A stretch of 64,000 nucleotides of DNA from contig JBMFRX010000001.1 in NCBI GenBank assembly GCA_049967855.1, positions 1 through 64,000 on the forward strand, written 5' to 3'. Every line of letters begins with the position of its first letter. The first letter of the stretch is position 1. The translations under genes and the position numbers were made by a program. The stretch comes from Caldisericaceae bacterium (GTDB lineage: Bacteria > Caldisericota > Caldisericia > Caldisericales > Caldisericaceae). Of this stretch, positions 20,522 to 34,740 are shown one piece after another. The notes under the pieces were generated by a model. It ran no database searches and had not been told where the DNA came from. It saw only the letters and a program-made list of their open reading frames with translations.

Positions 20522-21578
20522 CTTTAAACTTGAAAAAAGGAGCACTCCTCCTGTCTGGTTCCAGATACTTACACCTTTCTTAGCAATAGTAATTTCCCTT
20601 TTAATTTCTTCTATTTTTTTACTAATACTAAAGCAGAATCCATTAAGTGCTTTTTACTATATGTTTACTGGAGCTGTTGGTTCGAAATTTGCCTTCTTTG
20701 AGATGCTAGTCAAAGCCTCCCCTCTAATTCTCACGGGAATTGCTGTGGCATTTGCTTTTACTGCAAAATACTGGAATATAGGAGCCGAAGGACAACTCTA
20801 CGCTGGAGCTCTAGCTGCAACTTGGGTAGGGCTTATGGACTTGAAAATTTCCCCATTTATCTATATTCCTTTGATAATATGTGTCGGATTTGCAGCAGGG
20901 GCACTTTGGTCTTTGATAGCTGGATATTTAAAAGCCAGGTGGAAGGTTGATGATGTAGTAACGACATTGCTGCTGAATTACGTTATGATTTACATTGTTA
21001 GTGCTTTGCTAAACGGGCCGTGGAGAGACCCTGTTACAATGTATCCTTCTTCTCCTCTCATATCTCCGAATGCATATTTCCCAAAACTTATCCCACAATC
21101 AAGAATACATTTAGGGATTCTCATTTCTCTTTTAGCAGTCATCTTTATGTGGTTTATTATCAAGAAAACAAAGCTTGGTTTTGAAATAAGGTCTACAGGT
21201 GCAAGTCCAAGAGCAGCCAATTTTCTTGGCATCAATACTCTAAAAAGCATTATTATCGTCTCAATTATCAGTGGTGGCATAGCTGGTCTTGCAGGAGTTG
21301 GTGAGGTTGCAGGAGTTCAATATCATTTAATTCAAACTATTTCACCAGGCTATGGTTACAGTGGCATTGTTATCGCCATGCTTGGGAGACTTAACCCTTT
21401 TGGGGTTTTGTTAGCTGCCATTTATTTTGCCATAGTTATTACTGGTGCAAATGTTATGAGTTATACGTTACATATACCTATTTATATTTCTGATGTAATA
21501 CAGGGAGTAACGCTCATTGTAATGCTTACTATGCTTCTATTTTTCGAGTATAGGGTTAGAATTGGGAGGGCAAAATGA
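20508..21578 (+). CDS. Nucleoside ABC transporter permease
   Basis: NIGAEGQ, GFEIR..G, GYGYSGIVIAMLG; multiple TM segments. Confidence 0.92.
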   Translation: MSQISFKLEKRSTPPVWFQILTPFLAIVISLLISSIFLLILKQNPLSAFYYMFTGAVGSKFAFFEMLVKASPLILTGIAVAFAFTAKYWNIGAEGQLYAGALAATWVGLMDLKISPFIYIPLIICVGFAAGALWSLIAGYLKARWKVDDVVTTLLLNYVMIYIVSALLNGPWRDPVTMYPSSPLISPNAYFPKLIPQSRIHLGILISLLAVIFMWFIIKKTKLGFEIRSTGASPRAANFLGINTLKSIIIVSIISGGIAGLAGVGEVAGVQYHLIQTISPGYGYSGIVIAMLGRLNPFGVLLAAIYFAIVITGANVMSYTLHIPIYISDVIQGVTLIVMLTMLLFFEYRVRIGRAK

Positions 21579-22510
21579 GCAGTTTTCTTACATTGACATT
21601 CTGGGTGAGTTTTTTGGCGGCAACTATACGTGTAGCAACGCCTTTGATACTAGCAACTCTTGGAGAAACCTTCTCTGAACGTTCAGGTGTTCTTAATTTA
21701 GGAATAGAGGGCATCATGATGTTTGGGGCCTTTGCGGGATTCATCACTGTTTACATTACCAAAAGCCTTTGGCTTGGAGTTTTAATTGCGACTCTTTCAG
21801 GAGTTCTGTTTGGTGTTTTTATGGCATTTCTTACTGTTACTCTTGGATTGAATCAGCACGTATCTGGATTGGGCATAACAATATTTGCTACTGGCTTGAC
21901 GTACTATTTTTACAGAGCGATTATTGGCTCACCAACGGTTCCGCCTACGATTAACTCATTTAATTCGATAGCTATACCGTTGCTTTCGAAGATTCCAATT
22001 TTGGGACCAGTATTGTTTAATCAGACTATTATTACTTACTTTGCTCTAGTAGCTGTCCCTGTTGCAGGGTATCTACTGTTTAGAACGAATTTTGGATTGT
22101 CCGTAAGATCTGTAGGGGAGAATCCAGAAGCCGCTGACGCCGTAGGAATTAATGTTCACAGGACACGTTACATCTCCCTAATCATTGCTGGTGGGCTTAT
22201 GGGACTAAGTGGAGCCTTCTTTACTCTTGCTGAATTTAATATGTTCCTTTATGACATTGTTGCTGGCAATGGTTGGGTTTCCATAGCTCTCGTTATTTTT
22301 GCAAATTGGGTACCTTCAAGAGTATTCTTTGGAGCTCTGCTTTTTGGAGGAGTGGAGGCTATTGGTTTGAGACTACAGGGAACATCGGTTGGGATACCTT
22401 TTCAGGTTTATCTTATGTTGCCTTATGTTTTGACAATAATAGTGCTTGTAGCTACTGCGAGAAAAGCTTCAGCTCCATCTGCGCTTCTTAAACCGTACAG
22501 AAGAGAATAA
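21575..22510 (+). CDS. Nucleoside ABC transporter permease
   Basis: ERSGVLNLGIEG, GENPEAADAVGINV, LPYVLT. Confidence 0.92.
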   Translation: MSSFLTLTFWVSFLAATIRVATPLILATLGETFSERSGVLNLGIEGIMMFGAFAGFITVYITKSLWLGVLIATLSGVLFGVFMAFLTVTLGLNQHVSGLGITIFATGLTYYFYRAIIGSPTVPPTINSFNSIAIPLLSKIPILGPVLFNQTIITYFALVAVPVAGYLLFRTNFGLSVRSVGENPEAADAVGINVHRTRYISLIIAGGLMGLSGAFFTLAEFNMFLYDIVAGNGWVSIALVIFANWVPSRVFFGALLFGGVEAIGLRLQGTSVGIPFQVYLMLPYVLTIIVLVATARKASAPSALLKPYRRE

Positions 22511-22532
22511 TTTTGTTTTGTCTGTAGGGGCT

Positions 22533-22567
22533 GATATGAGGAGAAAGTCTCTCCTCATATCTTGTTT
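22533..22567 (+). terminator. Rho-independent terminator of the ABC operon
   Basis: GATATGAGGAGA-5nt-TCTCCTCATATC perfect 12-bp stem followed by TTGTTT. Confidence 0.75.
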
Positions 22568-22615
22568 GCATATGCGGGAAGGCAACACAATCTTATATTA
22601 TTCGTATAATATGAT

Positions 22616-23056
22616 ATGGTTTTCTTAACACATTTGGGTTTTGGCATGCTAATAGGAAGCTATTCACACAGTTTCTCTGGCGTCCTGCTTTCTGCCGTTG
22701 GGAGTGTGGTCCCTGATATTGATATTCCATTCTCAAAGGTGAGCAAGCTTACATTCAACCACAAGGGAGCAAAACTTAAGCATCGTGGAATTACACACTC
22801 TGTTTTTACACCACTTATCATTTACTTCATTTACTATTACTTGTTTAAGAATCAGGCAATTCTACCATTTATCCTGGGCTATTTTTCGCACATAATTCTG
22901 GATATGTTTAACCCTAAAGGCGTCAGCTTATTTTCTCCGTTTATTAAGCACTCTTTTAGTTTCCCAATAACATTGAGAACAGGAAGTAAGCAAGATTATT
23001 TGATAGGTTTGTGTTTCTGGCTGGCTGATTTATTCCTGTTCATTAAGAGCTTTTAA
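22616..23056 (+). CDS. YdjM-like membrane-bound metal-dependent hydrolase
   Basis: TH, PDID, HRGITHS, SHIILD..NP.GV motifs. Confidence 0.85.
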   Translation: MVFLTHLGFGMLIGSYSHSFSGVLLSAVGSVVPDIDIPFSKVSKLTFNHKGAKLKHRGITHSVFTPLIIYFIYYYLFKNQAILPFILGYFSHIILDMFNPKGVSLFSPFIKHSFSFPITLRTGSKQDYLIGLCFWLADLFLFIKSF

Positions 23057-24103
23057 GAAGTATTTTATTGCCTCGGAGAAGTCTTTATCTGATAACGCCT
23101 TCCTTCCCAATTCAATGTAATCAACAACGTACGAATCTGGTTTGGGTTGTGTCTTTTGCGGATTGTCTTCGATAAAATCGTTTTTTACTTCTTTAGCAGT
23201 CTCATATGCTGCGTTTGTGTCCTGATCCTTTGGTTGTTCCAACACCGTTGTGTTGACTTTATTAAGCTCTTCAAGCCTTGTTTTTGCAAAGCTCAAGATC
23301 GGATTGTCTGTCAAGAAAATGTTTTCAAGCTCAAGCATTTCCGATTGCTCTTCGGAAGAAGCGAAAGAAGGGATCTTATTTCTATGAATGCTTATTGGAT
23401 TAACATCAAATAACCTCACTGCATAATGTTGGGCAGCAACGGAATCGCTTAGATAGTCATTGTGTAGAGTATAAGCTAAAGCAAGTGCTCTTGGATAATA
23501 GGGGTATAAAGATAGCACTGAATTTAAAACTTTGCTAGCTGCATCTATGTCCCTTTTTCTTAAGTAAAGCTGGGCAAGCGTCAGTTTTGGATATGGTATG
23601 CCTGGATTGCTTTCTGCAATCTTGCTCATTTCTAGTATCTGTTCATCTAAAGATGATTCGTCTATTTTGAACATAATTGCATATTCGCTATTCTCTTGGG
23701 ATTGCAAAATACTAATTAAGGCTGTTTTGTCTTTTGGTCTTGCGAAGAAAATAGACTTTCCGAATGACTCTTCTGTTTTATTACCAGTTGACTGTTTAAG
23801 TATCCCTTCTAAGAGAAATGAATATGTGTCCTCTGGGTCTATAGACTGTGCAAGGGCAATTTCCATCAGAGCGTTTTGAATGTCGTTTTCTGCAAGGTAG
23901 CTTAAGGCTCTGAAATCTTCAACAAGAACCGAGGGCGACAGTGCAACCATTGAATAATTGGAAGATAGGTCTTTGAGTTTTGAATACTGCTTCGTCAATG
24001 TTAGGTAAGAGAACGCCAATAAATTTAAGATCCGAGAAAGGGGTTTTGCATTCAAAAGAGGCTCTAATGCATTGAGCTTATTATATAAGTCTTGCTCTTT
24101 CAT
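23030..24103 (-). CDS. TPR-like hypothetical protein
   Basis: 357-aa ORF coupled to nnr; helical repeats (LAQLYL...AA..L..VL...P; LGRKAL...DFSEAIKYF..AL). Confidence 0.6.
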   Translation of the reverse strand: MKEQDLYNKLNALEPLLNAKPLSRILNLLAFSYLTLTKQYSKLKDLSSNYSMVALSPSVLVEDFRALSYLAENDIQNALMEIALAQSIDPEDTYSFLLEGILKQSTGNKTEESFGKSIFFARPKDKTALISILQSQENSEYAIMFKIDESSLDEQILEMSKIAESNPGIPYPKLTLAQLYLRKRDIDAASKVLNSVLSLYPYYPRALALAYTLHNDYLSDSVAAQHYAVRLFDVNPISIHRNKIPSFASSEEQSEMLELENIFLTDNPILSFAKTRLEELNKVNTTVLEQPKDQDTNAAYETAKEVKNDFIEDNPQKTQPKPDSYVVDYIELGRKALSDKDFSEAIKYFLKALNEQE

Positions 24104-25658
24104 AATTACTCTCCTTTATTTCTTTGTAATGCTCCCTGTAAAACGATATTGCTTCAGGGATACCCTGAAGTATGTCTGATGCAGTTAATCCGTCCTCTCC
24201 AATCTTTCGAGCCTGCATATCTCCACTTAGTCCATGGATAAAAGTTCCCAATTTTGAAGATTCCTCAGCTCCTTGCCCAATTCCTATCATTGCTGCTATT
24301 ATGCCGACCAATACATCGCCGCTACCTGCAGTTGCCATGCCTGAATTCCCAGAAGGATTAACAAAAATCTTGCCATTTTTGCATCCAATTAGAGAAAAAG
24401 CCCCCTTAAGAATTATAGTTGCTTTAAGTTTGTTTGCGGTCTCATAGAGGTAATTGAACTTACTTTGCTTAATGTCATCAATTGCTACATTCGTGAGCCT
24501 GGCAAACTCCCCGAGGTGAGGCGTAAGTATTATTTCTTTGTCCAATCCCGAAAGGAGATTTGTGTTTCTCGAGATCATCGTTAAACCATCTCCATCGATA
24601 ATTATAGGCTTATTTATTTTTCTGAGGAGTTCCAAAACGAGCTCTTCCGTTTCAGCATTTTGACCCAATCCAGAGCCAATAGCTACTACATCTACTTGTT
24701 CTGCTTTATCAAGAAGAGCGTTTAGATTCTTGTAACTTATTGTACCTGAATCAGTTTCAACAAGTGGCATTGTTATAACCTCACGTGCAAGAGTCGTCGT
24801 AATAGAGGCAATACTTGAAATAGTTGCAAGAATAGCTACACCTCCACCGCTTTTTAAGAAAGCTAATGAATTGAAGAAAGGGGCACCCAGGTAATTTCTT
24901 GAACCTGATATAAATAGTGCTTTTCCAAAGTCTCCCTTATGGCTGTCCCTTTTTCTTTGCGGTAATGGATTTGGAATATTCAATTCTGTATTGATTTCAA
25001 GGCTTTCGGTTATTTCTGGTGGGTAAGATATCTTCGATACGTATAGTTCACCAACGTAGTCGGCACCAGGGTATTGAAATTCACCCAATTTAGGGAGCCC
25101 AAAGGTCACTGTGCAGGATGCCTTTACTGCAACTCCCATAATATTGCCATTATCGGCATTTATTCCCGAAGGTATATCCACGCTTAAGATGAATTTATTG
25201 CTGCGATTTATTTCATTTACGATATCTTCGAAGATACCTTCTAAAGGTCTAGATAAGCCTACCCCAAAGATTGCATCAATTAAGACATCAGAGTTCATTA
25301 TTGCGGTCTCAACTATTCTGTTTATGTGAGAAATTTCCAACACCTCAATTGGGAAACCTGCCAGCCTATTTAGATTAGCAAGACTTGCGCCATTAATTTT
25401 GCCTTTATCTCCAACAATAAACACCGAAACATTACCATATTCTGAAGCAAGTTTCCTTGCAGCAACAAAACCATCTCCACCGTTTCCTCCCGTTCCGCAA
25501 AATACTGCGAAACGTTTTCCCTCAATTGTGGTATGCCTCCGTATAACGTTGTATACAGCGTTGCCTGCATTCTCCATAAGTAGCTCGCTTGTAATACCGT
25601 ATTTTTCCTTGGCCAAAGAGTCAAAGTATGCGATTTCTTTAGCATGTGCTATTTTCAT
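24081..25658 (-). CDS. nnr: Bifunctional NAD(P)H-hydrate epimerase/dehydratase (YjeF)
   Basis: LMENAG, GGNGGDG, DAIFGVG, DIPSG, SHKGDFG, LTPHLGEF, MATAGSGDVL. Confidence 0.95.
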   Translation of the reverse strand: MKIAHAKEIAYFDSLAKEKYGITSELLMENAGNAVYNVIRRHTTIEGKRFAVFCGTGGNGGDGFVAARKLASEYGNVSVFIVGDKGKINGASLANLNRLAGFPIEVLEISHINRIVETAIMNSDVLIDAIFGVGLSRPLEGIFEDIVNEINRSNKFILSVDIPSGINADNGNIMGVAVKASCTVTFGLPKLGEFQYPGADYVGELYVSKISYPPEITESLEINTELNIPNPLPQRKRDSHKGDFGKALFISGSRNYLGAPFFNSLAFLKSGGGVAILATISSIASITTTLAREVITMPLVETDSGTISYKNLNALLDKAEQVDVVAIGSGLGQNAETEELVLELLRKINKPIIIDGDGLTMISRNTNLLSGLDKEIILTPHLGEFARLTNVAIDDIKQSKFNYLYETANKLKATIILKGAFSLIGCKNGKIFVNPSGNSGMATAGSGDVLVGIIAAMIGIGQGAEESSKLGTFIHGLSGDMQARKIGEDGLTASDILQGIPEAISFYREHYKEIKESNYERARLI

Positions 25659-25988
25659 CTTTCACCTCAACTGCTACTGCAACGGCAAATTCTCTTTCAT
25701 GAGAAATAGAAATCATTATGTTATCATTTCCTACTACGCAAGGAATACCCTTATCATTGTTGAGTATTTCTATTTTTTGAAAAGGGATGAACTTCCCAGA
25801 TAGTTTTATTACTGACTCCTTTGCTGCAAATTTGCCTGCAAGAGTCTGCACGTATGAGTTCTTGCTTTTGGCATAGAGTATTTCTCTTTCTGTGAATACA
25901 CGTAATAAGAACCTTTCCCCGTATAATTCTAACAGGTTGCTTATTCTTTTGACGCTAACAATATCTACTCCTATTCCTCTTACCCCAT
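25639..25988 (-). CDS. acpS: Holo-ACP synthase; start ATG one base out of frame
   Basis: Frame upstream of ORF 25639..25851 reads VRGIGVDIVSVKRI...RVFTERE...LAGKFAAKESVIK...ISISHE; the only nearby ATG (25988) reads ATG GGG TAA, fixed by one extra G. Confidence 0.85.
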
Positions 25989-26060
25989 TGATAAAATTAT
26001 ACTATCATTATGCTTTTTTTAAAATCGAAATTCATTACAATATGAAAAAAGGAGTAGAAA

Positions 26061-27089
26061 ATGGAACGCATTGAATTTCAAATTCTCACTAACCTTTACA
26101 AAGGTCCAATGAGTCTGTGGCAGGCAATAAATGCGCAGGACAGTGATATAAAGGGCACAATTGAAGTATTAAAGTCCCTCCGAGATAGGGGTTTGATTAA
26201 GTTCAGAGAAGACCAGATTCTAATAAGTAAAAAAGGCGAGAAGTTCCTTGCAGAAAGGAAAATACAACCGTTTATTGATTCTAAATGCCCTGTTTGCCAC
26301 GGAAAAGGCCTCATAACTAATTCATCTTTCATTGATGTTCTTGAAAAATTCACTAGCATATTTGCGAAAAGGCCCTCTGAAACAACTGAATTTGACCAGG
26401 GAGTTGTCCCTCCTGAGAACTCCATTAGGCGTGCAGAATATGTTTATGAACGTGGTGATCTGCAAGGAAAAAGAATTCTTTTCTTAGGAGACGACGACCT
26501 TACAAGTGTAGCTATGTCTCTCACTGGTATGCCTGAGGAAATTGTAGTTATTGAGGTTGATGAGAGAATTGTGGCCTTTATCAACGAAGTTGCTGATAAG
26601 GAAAAGCTCAATCTTAAGGCAATCCTTTACAATGCGGTTAATCCGCTGCCGCAAGATTTGGTGGGAAAGTTTGATACTTTCCTGAATGACCCGGTGGAAA
26701 CTGTTGAAGGAATGAGAGTTTTTCTGTCGCGATGTGCTATGTCACTGAAAGGCAAAGGAAGCGCTGGTTATTTCGGAATAAGCCATTACGAATCATCTCT
26801 TGCAAAGTGGTTTAAAGTTGAAAAAGACTTATTGGCAATGAATTTTGTAATCACGGATGTTCTAAGAGATTTCAATGAGTATCTTTTGATAGGGGAGCGC
26901 ATTTTGAAAGAAGGTTACCTGGTTGTAAAGGAGTCTCCAGTACGAGTAAATGCCCCTGATTATCCCTGGTACCGCTCAACTTTTATGCGCCTGGAATTGA
27001 TAGATAGTCCTAATCCTCTTGTGAGAGGAGAGATAGCCTGGGATAGGAGTATTTATTTTGACGAAGATACTTTTGTGGTGAGACCCTGA
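26061..27089 (+). CDS. bpsA: Branched-chain polyamine synthase (N4-bis(aminopropyl)spermidine synthase, DUF43)
   Basis: CPVCHG, FDQG, GDL.GK.ILFLGDDDLTS, EVDERI, FDTFLNDPVET motifs. Confidence 0.85.
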   Translation: MERIEFQILTNLYKGPMSLWQAINAQDSDIKGTIEVLKSLRDRGLIKFREDQILISKKGEKFLAERKIQPFIDSKCPVCHGKGLITNSSFIDVLEKFTSIFAKRPSETTEFDQGVVPPENSIRRAEYVYERGDLQGKRILFLGDDDLTSVAMSLTGMPEEIVVIEVDERIVAFINEVADKEKLNLKAILYNAVNPLPQDLVGKFDTFLNDPVETVEGMRVFLSRCAMSLKGKGSAGYFGISHYESSLAKWFKVEKDLLAMNFVITDVLRDFNEYLLIGERILKEGYLVVKESPVRVNAPDYPWYRSTFMRLELIDSPNPLVRGEIAWDRSIYFDEDTFVVRP

Positions 27090-27090
27090 A

Positions 27091-28614
27091 ATGTATTCGC
27101 GCGTCGAGAGTATAGCGTTAGTAGGAATAAAAGGTGTCAAAGTTACTGTCGAAGTTGATATATCAAACGGAATACCTTCTTTCAGCATTGTAGGACTCCC
27201 TGACGAAGCTGTTCAGGAGTCAAGAGAAAGAGTTAGGTCCGCAATAAAAAATGCTGGCTTTGAATTCCCTTTGAGGAGAATTACGGTTAACCTTGCTCCT
27301 GCCGAGGTTAGGAAAGAGGGTTCGACTTTTGATTTGCCAATAGCCATTGGGATTCTAGCAGTGACTGATGCAATAAAAAATGATGAGACTTTGAAGAAAT
27401 TCTTTTTTGCTGGAGAGTTGTCATTAGACGGTAGTATAAGGAGCATAACGGGTGCCCTACCAATGGTTATGAGCCTGAATAAAGAAAACGCTAATTTTAT
27501 CCTGCCTTATGAAAATCGCAACGAGACAGAGATAATAGAGACAGCATCTGTATATCCAGTAAAGCACATAAAAGAAGTGGTCGAATTTATCAACGGCGAT
27601 AGAGAAATTGTTCCAGAACACAGAAGTCTCAAAAGTATTCTTGATTTGGAAACTGATTTCGATGAGGACTTGTCAGATATTAAAGGCCAGTATCAGGCAA
27701 AAAGAGCTCTTGAGATAGCTGCAGCAGGCGGTCATAACCTCGTTATGGTTGGTTCCCCTGGAAGTGGTAAAACTCTCCTTGCAAGAAGAATAGTAAGCAT
27801 ATTACCCCCTCTTTCTGAAGAAGAAGCCCTTGAAGTAACCCAAATTTATAGTGCAGCAGGCTTGCTTAAGGGTGGCAGTATTATAAATACCAGGCCTTTT
27901 AGGTCTCCACATCATACTGCTTCATCGGCATCTATAATAGGGGGCGGCAATTCACCAAAACCTGGGGAAATAAGCTTGGCTCATAATGGAGTACTTTTTC
28001 TTGACGAACTTCCTGAATTCAGGCGAGATGTGCTTGAAACGTTGAGACAACCTATGGAAGACGGATTCGTAACTATTACTCGTGTCAAGGATAGGGTAAC
28101 TTATCCTTCACGTTTTATGCTTATTGCTGCAATGAACCCGTGCCCATGCGGCTGGTATAAGGATCCGGTACACCCTTGTACCTGTTCGATTTCTGAGATT
28201 AAGAAATACAGAGGCAAGGTATCTGGGCCTCTTTGGGACCGTTTTGACATTCAGGTGGATGTTCCGCGTTTGCTGCCTGATGAGCTTACAAAGAATGTTA
28301 AGAGCGAAAGTTCTAAAGAGGTACGTCAAATCGTCAGAAGAGCGAGGGAGTTGCAATTAGCAAGATACAAGAACACGAAAGCTTTCAATAATGCTTCTCT
28401 CAGTCCTCGGGCAATAAAAGAATTTATCAAGCTGGGCAGAGAAGAAACATCTTTCATAAATACTGCTTCGGAGCGTTTTGGCTTGACTGGGAGAGGTTTT
28501 GACAAAGTGCTCAAAGTTGCAAGGACTATTGCTGACATAGAGGGGAGTGTTGAAGTTCGACTTCCTCATATGGCAGAGGCATTGCAGTACAGAACTGATT
28601 TGTCGGTAGTTTAA
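27091..28614 (+). CDS. comM: YifB/ComM Mg-chelatase-like AAA+ ATPase
   Basis: VGLPDEAVQESRERV, ITVNLAPA, GSPGSGKT, RSPHHT, GEISLAHNGVLFLDE, MNPCPCG. Confidence 0.93.
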   Translation: MYSRVESIALVGIKGVKVTVEVDISNGIPSFSIVGLPDEAVQESRERVRSAIKNAGFEFPLRRITVNLAPAEVRKEGSTFDLPIAIGILAVTDAIKNDETLKKFFFAGELSLDGSIRSITGALPMVMSLNKENANFILPYENRNETEIIETASVYPVKHIKEVVEFINGDREIVPEHRSLKSILDLETDFDEDLSDIKGQYQAKRALEIAAAGGHNLVMVGSPGSGKTLLARRIVSILPPLSEEEALEVTQIYSAAGLLKGGSIINTRPFRSPHHTASSASIIGGGNSPKPGEISLAHNGVLFLDELPEFRRDVLETLRQPMEDGFVTITRVKDRVTYPSRFMLIAAMNPCPCGWYKDPVHPCTCSISEIKKYRGKVSGPLWDRFDIQVDVPRLLPDELTKNVKSESSKEVRQIVRRARELQLARYKNTKAFNNASLSPRAIKEFIKLGREETSFINTASERFGLTGRGFDKVLKVARTIADIEGSVEVRLPHMAEALQYRTDLSVV

Positions 28615-29085
28615 CTAATGCTTTACAATCAAGATGTCTACTGCTGCCACGGCAATTCCCACAAGGAAGCCAAAGAAAACCTCTATGCCTGTGTGGCCTA
28701 TGAGCTCTTTGAACAGTTTTATTTCCATCATTTCTTGTAACCTTTTTCCAAGGGCTGTTTCAGTGAATATTTCGTTGAGCGTTTTTGAATGTTTCCCAAC
28801 CTCTCGTCTTACTGAGAGCGCATCGACTACTACTATTGCTCCGAAAACCATAGAAATCGTAAAGTACGGGGAATCAAATCCATATCTTACCCCAAGCAGT
28901 AAACTTAGGGTGGTTACTGCCGATGTATGAGAGCTTGGATTGCCACCAGAACTGAACAGAAAACTCCAATCAAGTGGCTCTCCCTTTTTCATAACGAATA
29001 CTTTAAGCAATTGTGCCACGAAACTCGAAATTGCAGATGCAATAAATATGTCGTTACTAATCAACTGAATCAGAATATTCTTCAC
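28615..29085 (-). CDS. Divergent PAP2 family protein (DUF212)
   Basis: AQLLK, SGGNPSSHTS, DALSVRREVG, KELIGHT..EV; likely GTG start at 29085 rather than 29262, which would overlap queH. Confidence 0.85.
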   Translation of the reverse strand: MKNILIQLISNDIFIASAISSFVAQLLKVFVMKKGEPLDWSFLFSSGGNPSSHTSAVTTLSLLLGVRYGFDSPYFTISMVFGAIVVVDALSVRREVGKHSKTLNEIFTETALGKRLQEMMEIKLFKELIGHTGIEVFFGFLVGIAVAAVDILIVKH

Positions 29086-29154
29086 GATTCTATTATAAAC
29101 ACATTTGATGTTTCTTGGAAATAATGCTTGTAGTAAAATATAACGGAGGATAAA

Positions 29155-29751
29155 ATGAAACTGAAAGACTACGTACCAGTCGGAAATTATGAGAAAGTCC
29201 TTATGCATATCTGTTGCGCTCCTGACGCTACTTATCCTTACCTGTATCTTAAAGGAAGACATTACGATGTAACAGGTTTTTTCTACAATTCAAACATTCA
29301 GCCTGAGGAAGAATATGCGCTAAGACTAGACAACGTTAAGAAACTCTCTAAGATTTATGGAATGCCGCTTATTGAAGGAGAGTATAATCCAGATGCCTGG
29401 CTTAACATGGTAAAGGGCCTTGAGGGGGAGAGAGAAGGAGGGGCAAGATGTTATGTCTGTTATGAAGAAAGGCTTGAAAAAACAGCAATAATGGCATCAA
29501 AAATGGGTTTTGACTTTTTCACAACAACGATTTCCATAAGCCCGCACAAGAAGTCTGAATGGGTATTTGAGATCAGTGAACGAATTGAGAAAAAGTATGG
29601 TGTTAAATTTCTTAGAGCAGATTTTAAAAAGCACAATGGATTCAAAGCGAGCGTTATTTTAAGTAGATATTTTAACCTGTATAGACAAAATTACTGTGGG
29701 TGTATCTATTCCAAAATTGAGTCCGAGAATTACCAGTTGAGAAAGCTATAA
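29155..29751 (+). CDS. queH: Epoxyqueuosine reductase QueH (DUF208)
   Basis: HICCAPD, FYNSNI.P.EEY..R, RCYVCY..RL, SPHK, YRQNYCGCIYS. Confidence 0.92.
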   Translation: MKLKDYVPVGNYEKVLMHICCAPDATYPYLYLKGRHYDVTGFFYNSNIQPEEEYALRLDNVKKLSKIYGMPLIEGEYNPDAWLNMVKGLEGEREGGARCYVCYEERLEKTAIMASKMGFDFFTTTISISPHKKSEWVFEISERIEKKYGVKFLRADFKKHNGFKASVILSRYFNLYRQNYCGCIYSKIESENYQLRKL

Positions 29752-29803
29752 TGAATTTTTTACGTGTTAGGTGGACTTTTTTTAAGAAAGTCCCTTTTAC
29801 CTC

Positions 29804-29910
29804 TTGACACAAAAATTTTTTTTGATATTATAACCACTGCTGGGTCACACGGAAATGTGAAATGTAACTTCTACGATGACCCTTGACACAAGAAAAAAAT
29901 GTGTTATACT
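29804..29910 (+). promoter_or_regulatory. Tandem rRNA promoters P1 and P2
   Basis: TTGACA-16nt-TATTAT (29804-29831) and TTGACA-16nt-TATACT (29883-29910), both with extended -10 TG. Confidence 0.75.
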
Positions 29911-29947
29911 TACTTTGCTCAGTTACGAGCAACTGGAAGAAGCGGAT

Positions 29948-29962
29948 TGTACCTTGAAAACT
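29948..29962 (+). promoter_or_regulatory. BoxA-like element / 16S processing stem, repeated in the ITS at 31658-31672
   Basis: TGTACCTTGAAAACT occurs before both 16S and 23S; flanks pair with sequences after each rRNA (about 31596-31626 and 34698-34730). Confidence 0.7.
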
Positions 29963-29989
29963 AAGCAGTGGAAGTAAGGCTCCAAATAT

Positions 29990-31547
<1,558 letters not shown>

Positions 31548-31683
31548 AAGGAGCTTTTTACAAGGTGTGTTAATATCAAATTTCTTTTGAAATCGCGCTT
31601 TACTTTCCACTGTTTAGTTTTGAGGGCATAATCCCTCAATAGTTAATATTGTTGATTTGTACCTTGAAAACTGCATGATGGTA

Positions 31684-34705
<3,022 letters not shown>

Positions 34706-34740
34706 TACCATGTGCAGTTTTGAAGGTACAAACCTTTGTT

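Noticed and set aside
29086..29262. Long N-terminal extension of the DUF212 ORF
   Set aside because: Overlaps the divergent queH start; family similarity begins near GTG 29085.
29838..29882. Hairpin GGGTCA...TGACCC between the rRNA promoters as a possible tRNA or sRNA
   Set aside because: Too short, no cloverleaf or T-loop; best explained as rrn leader structure.
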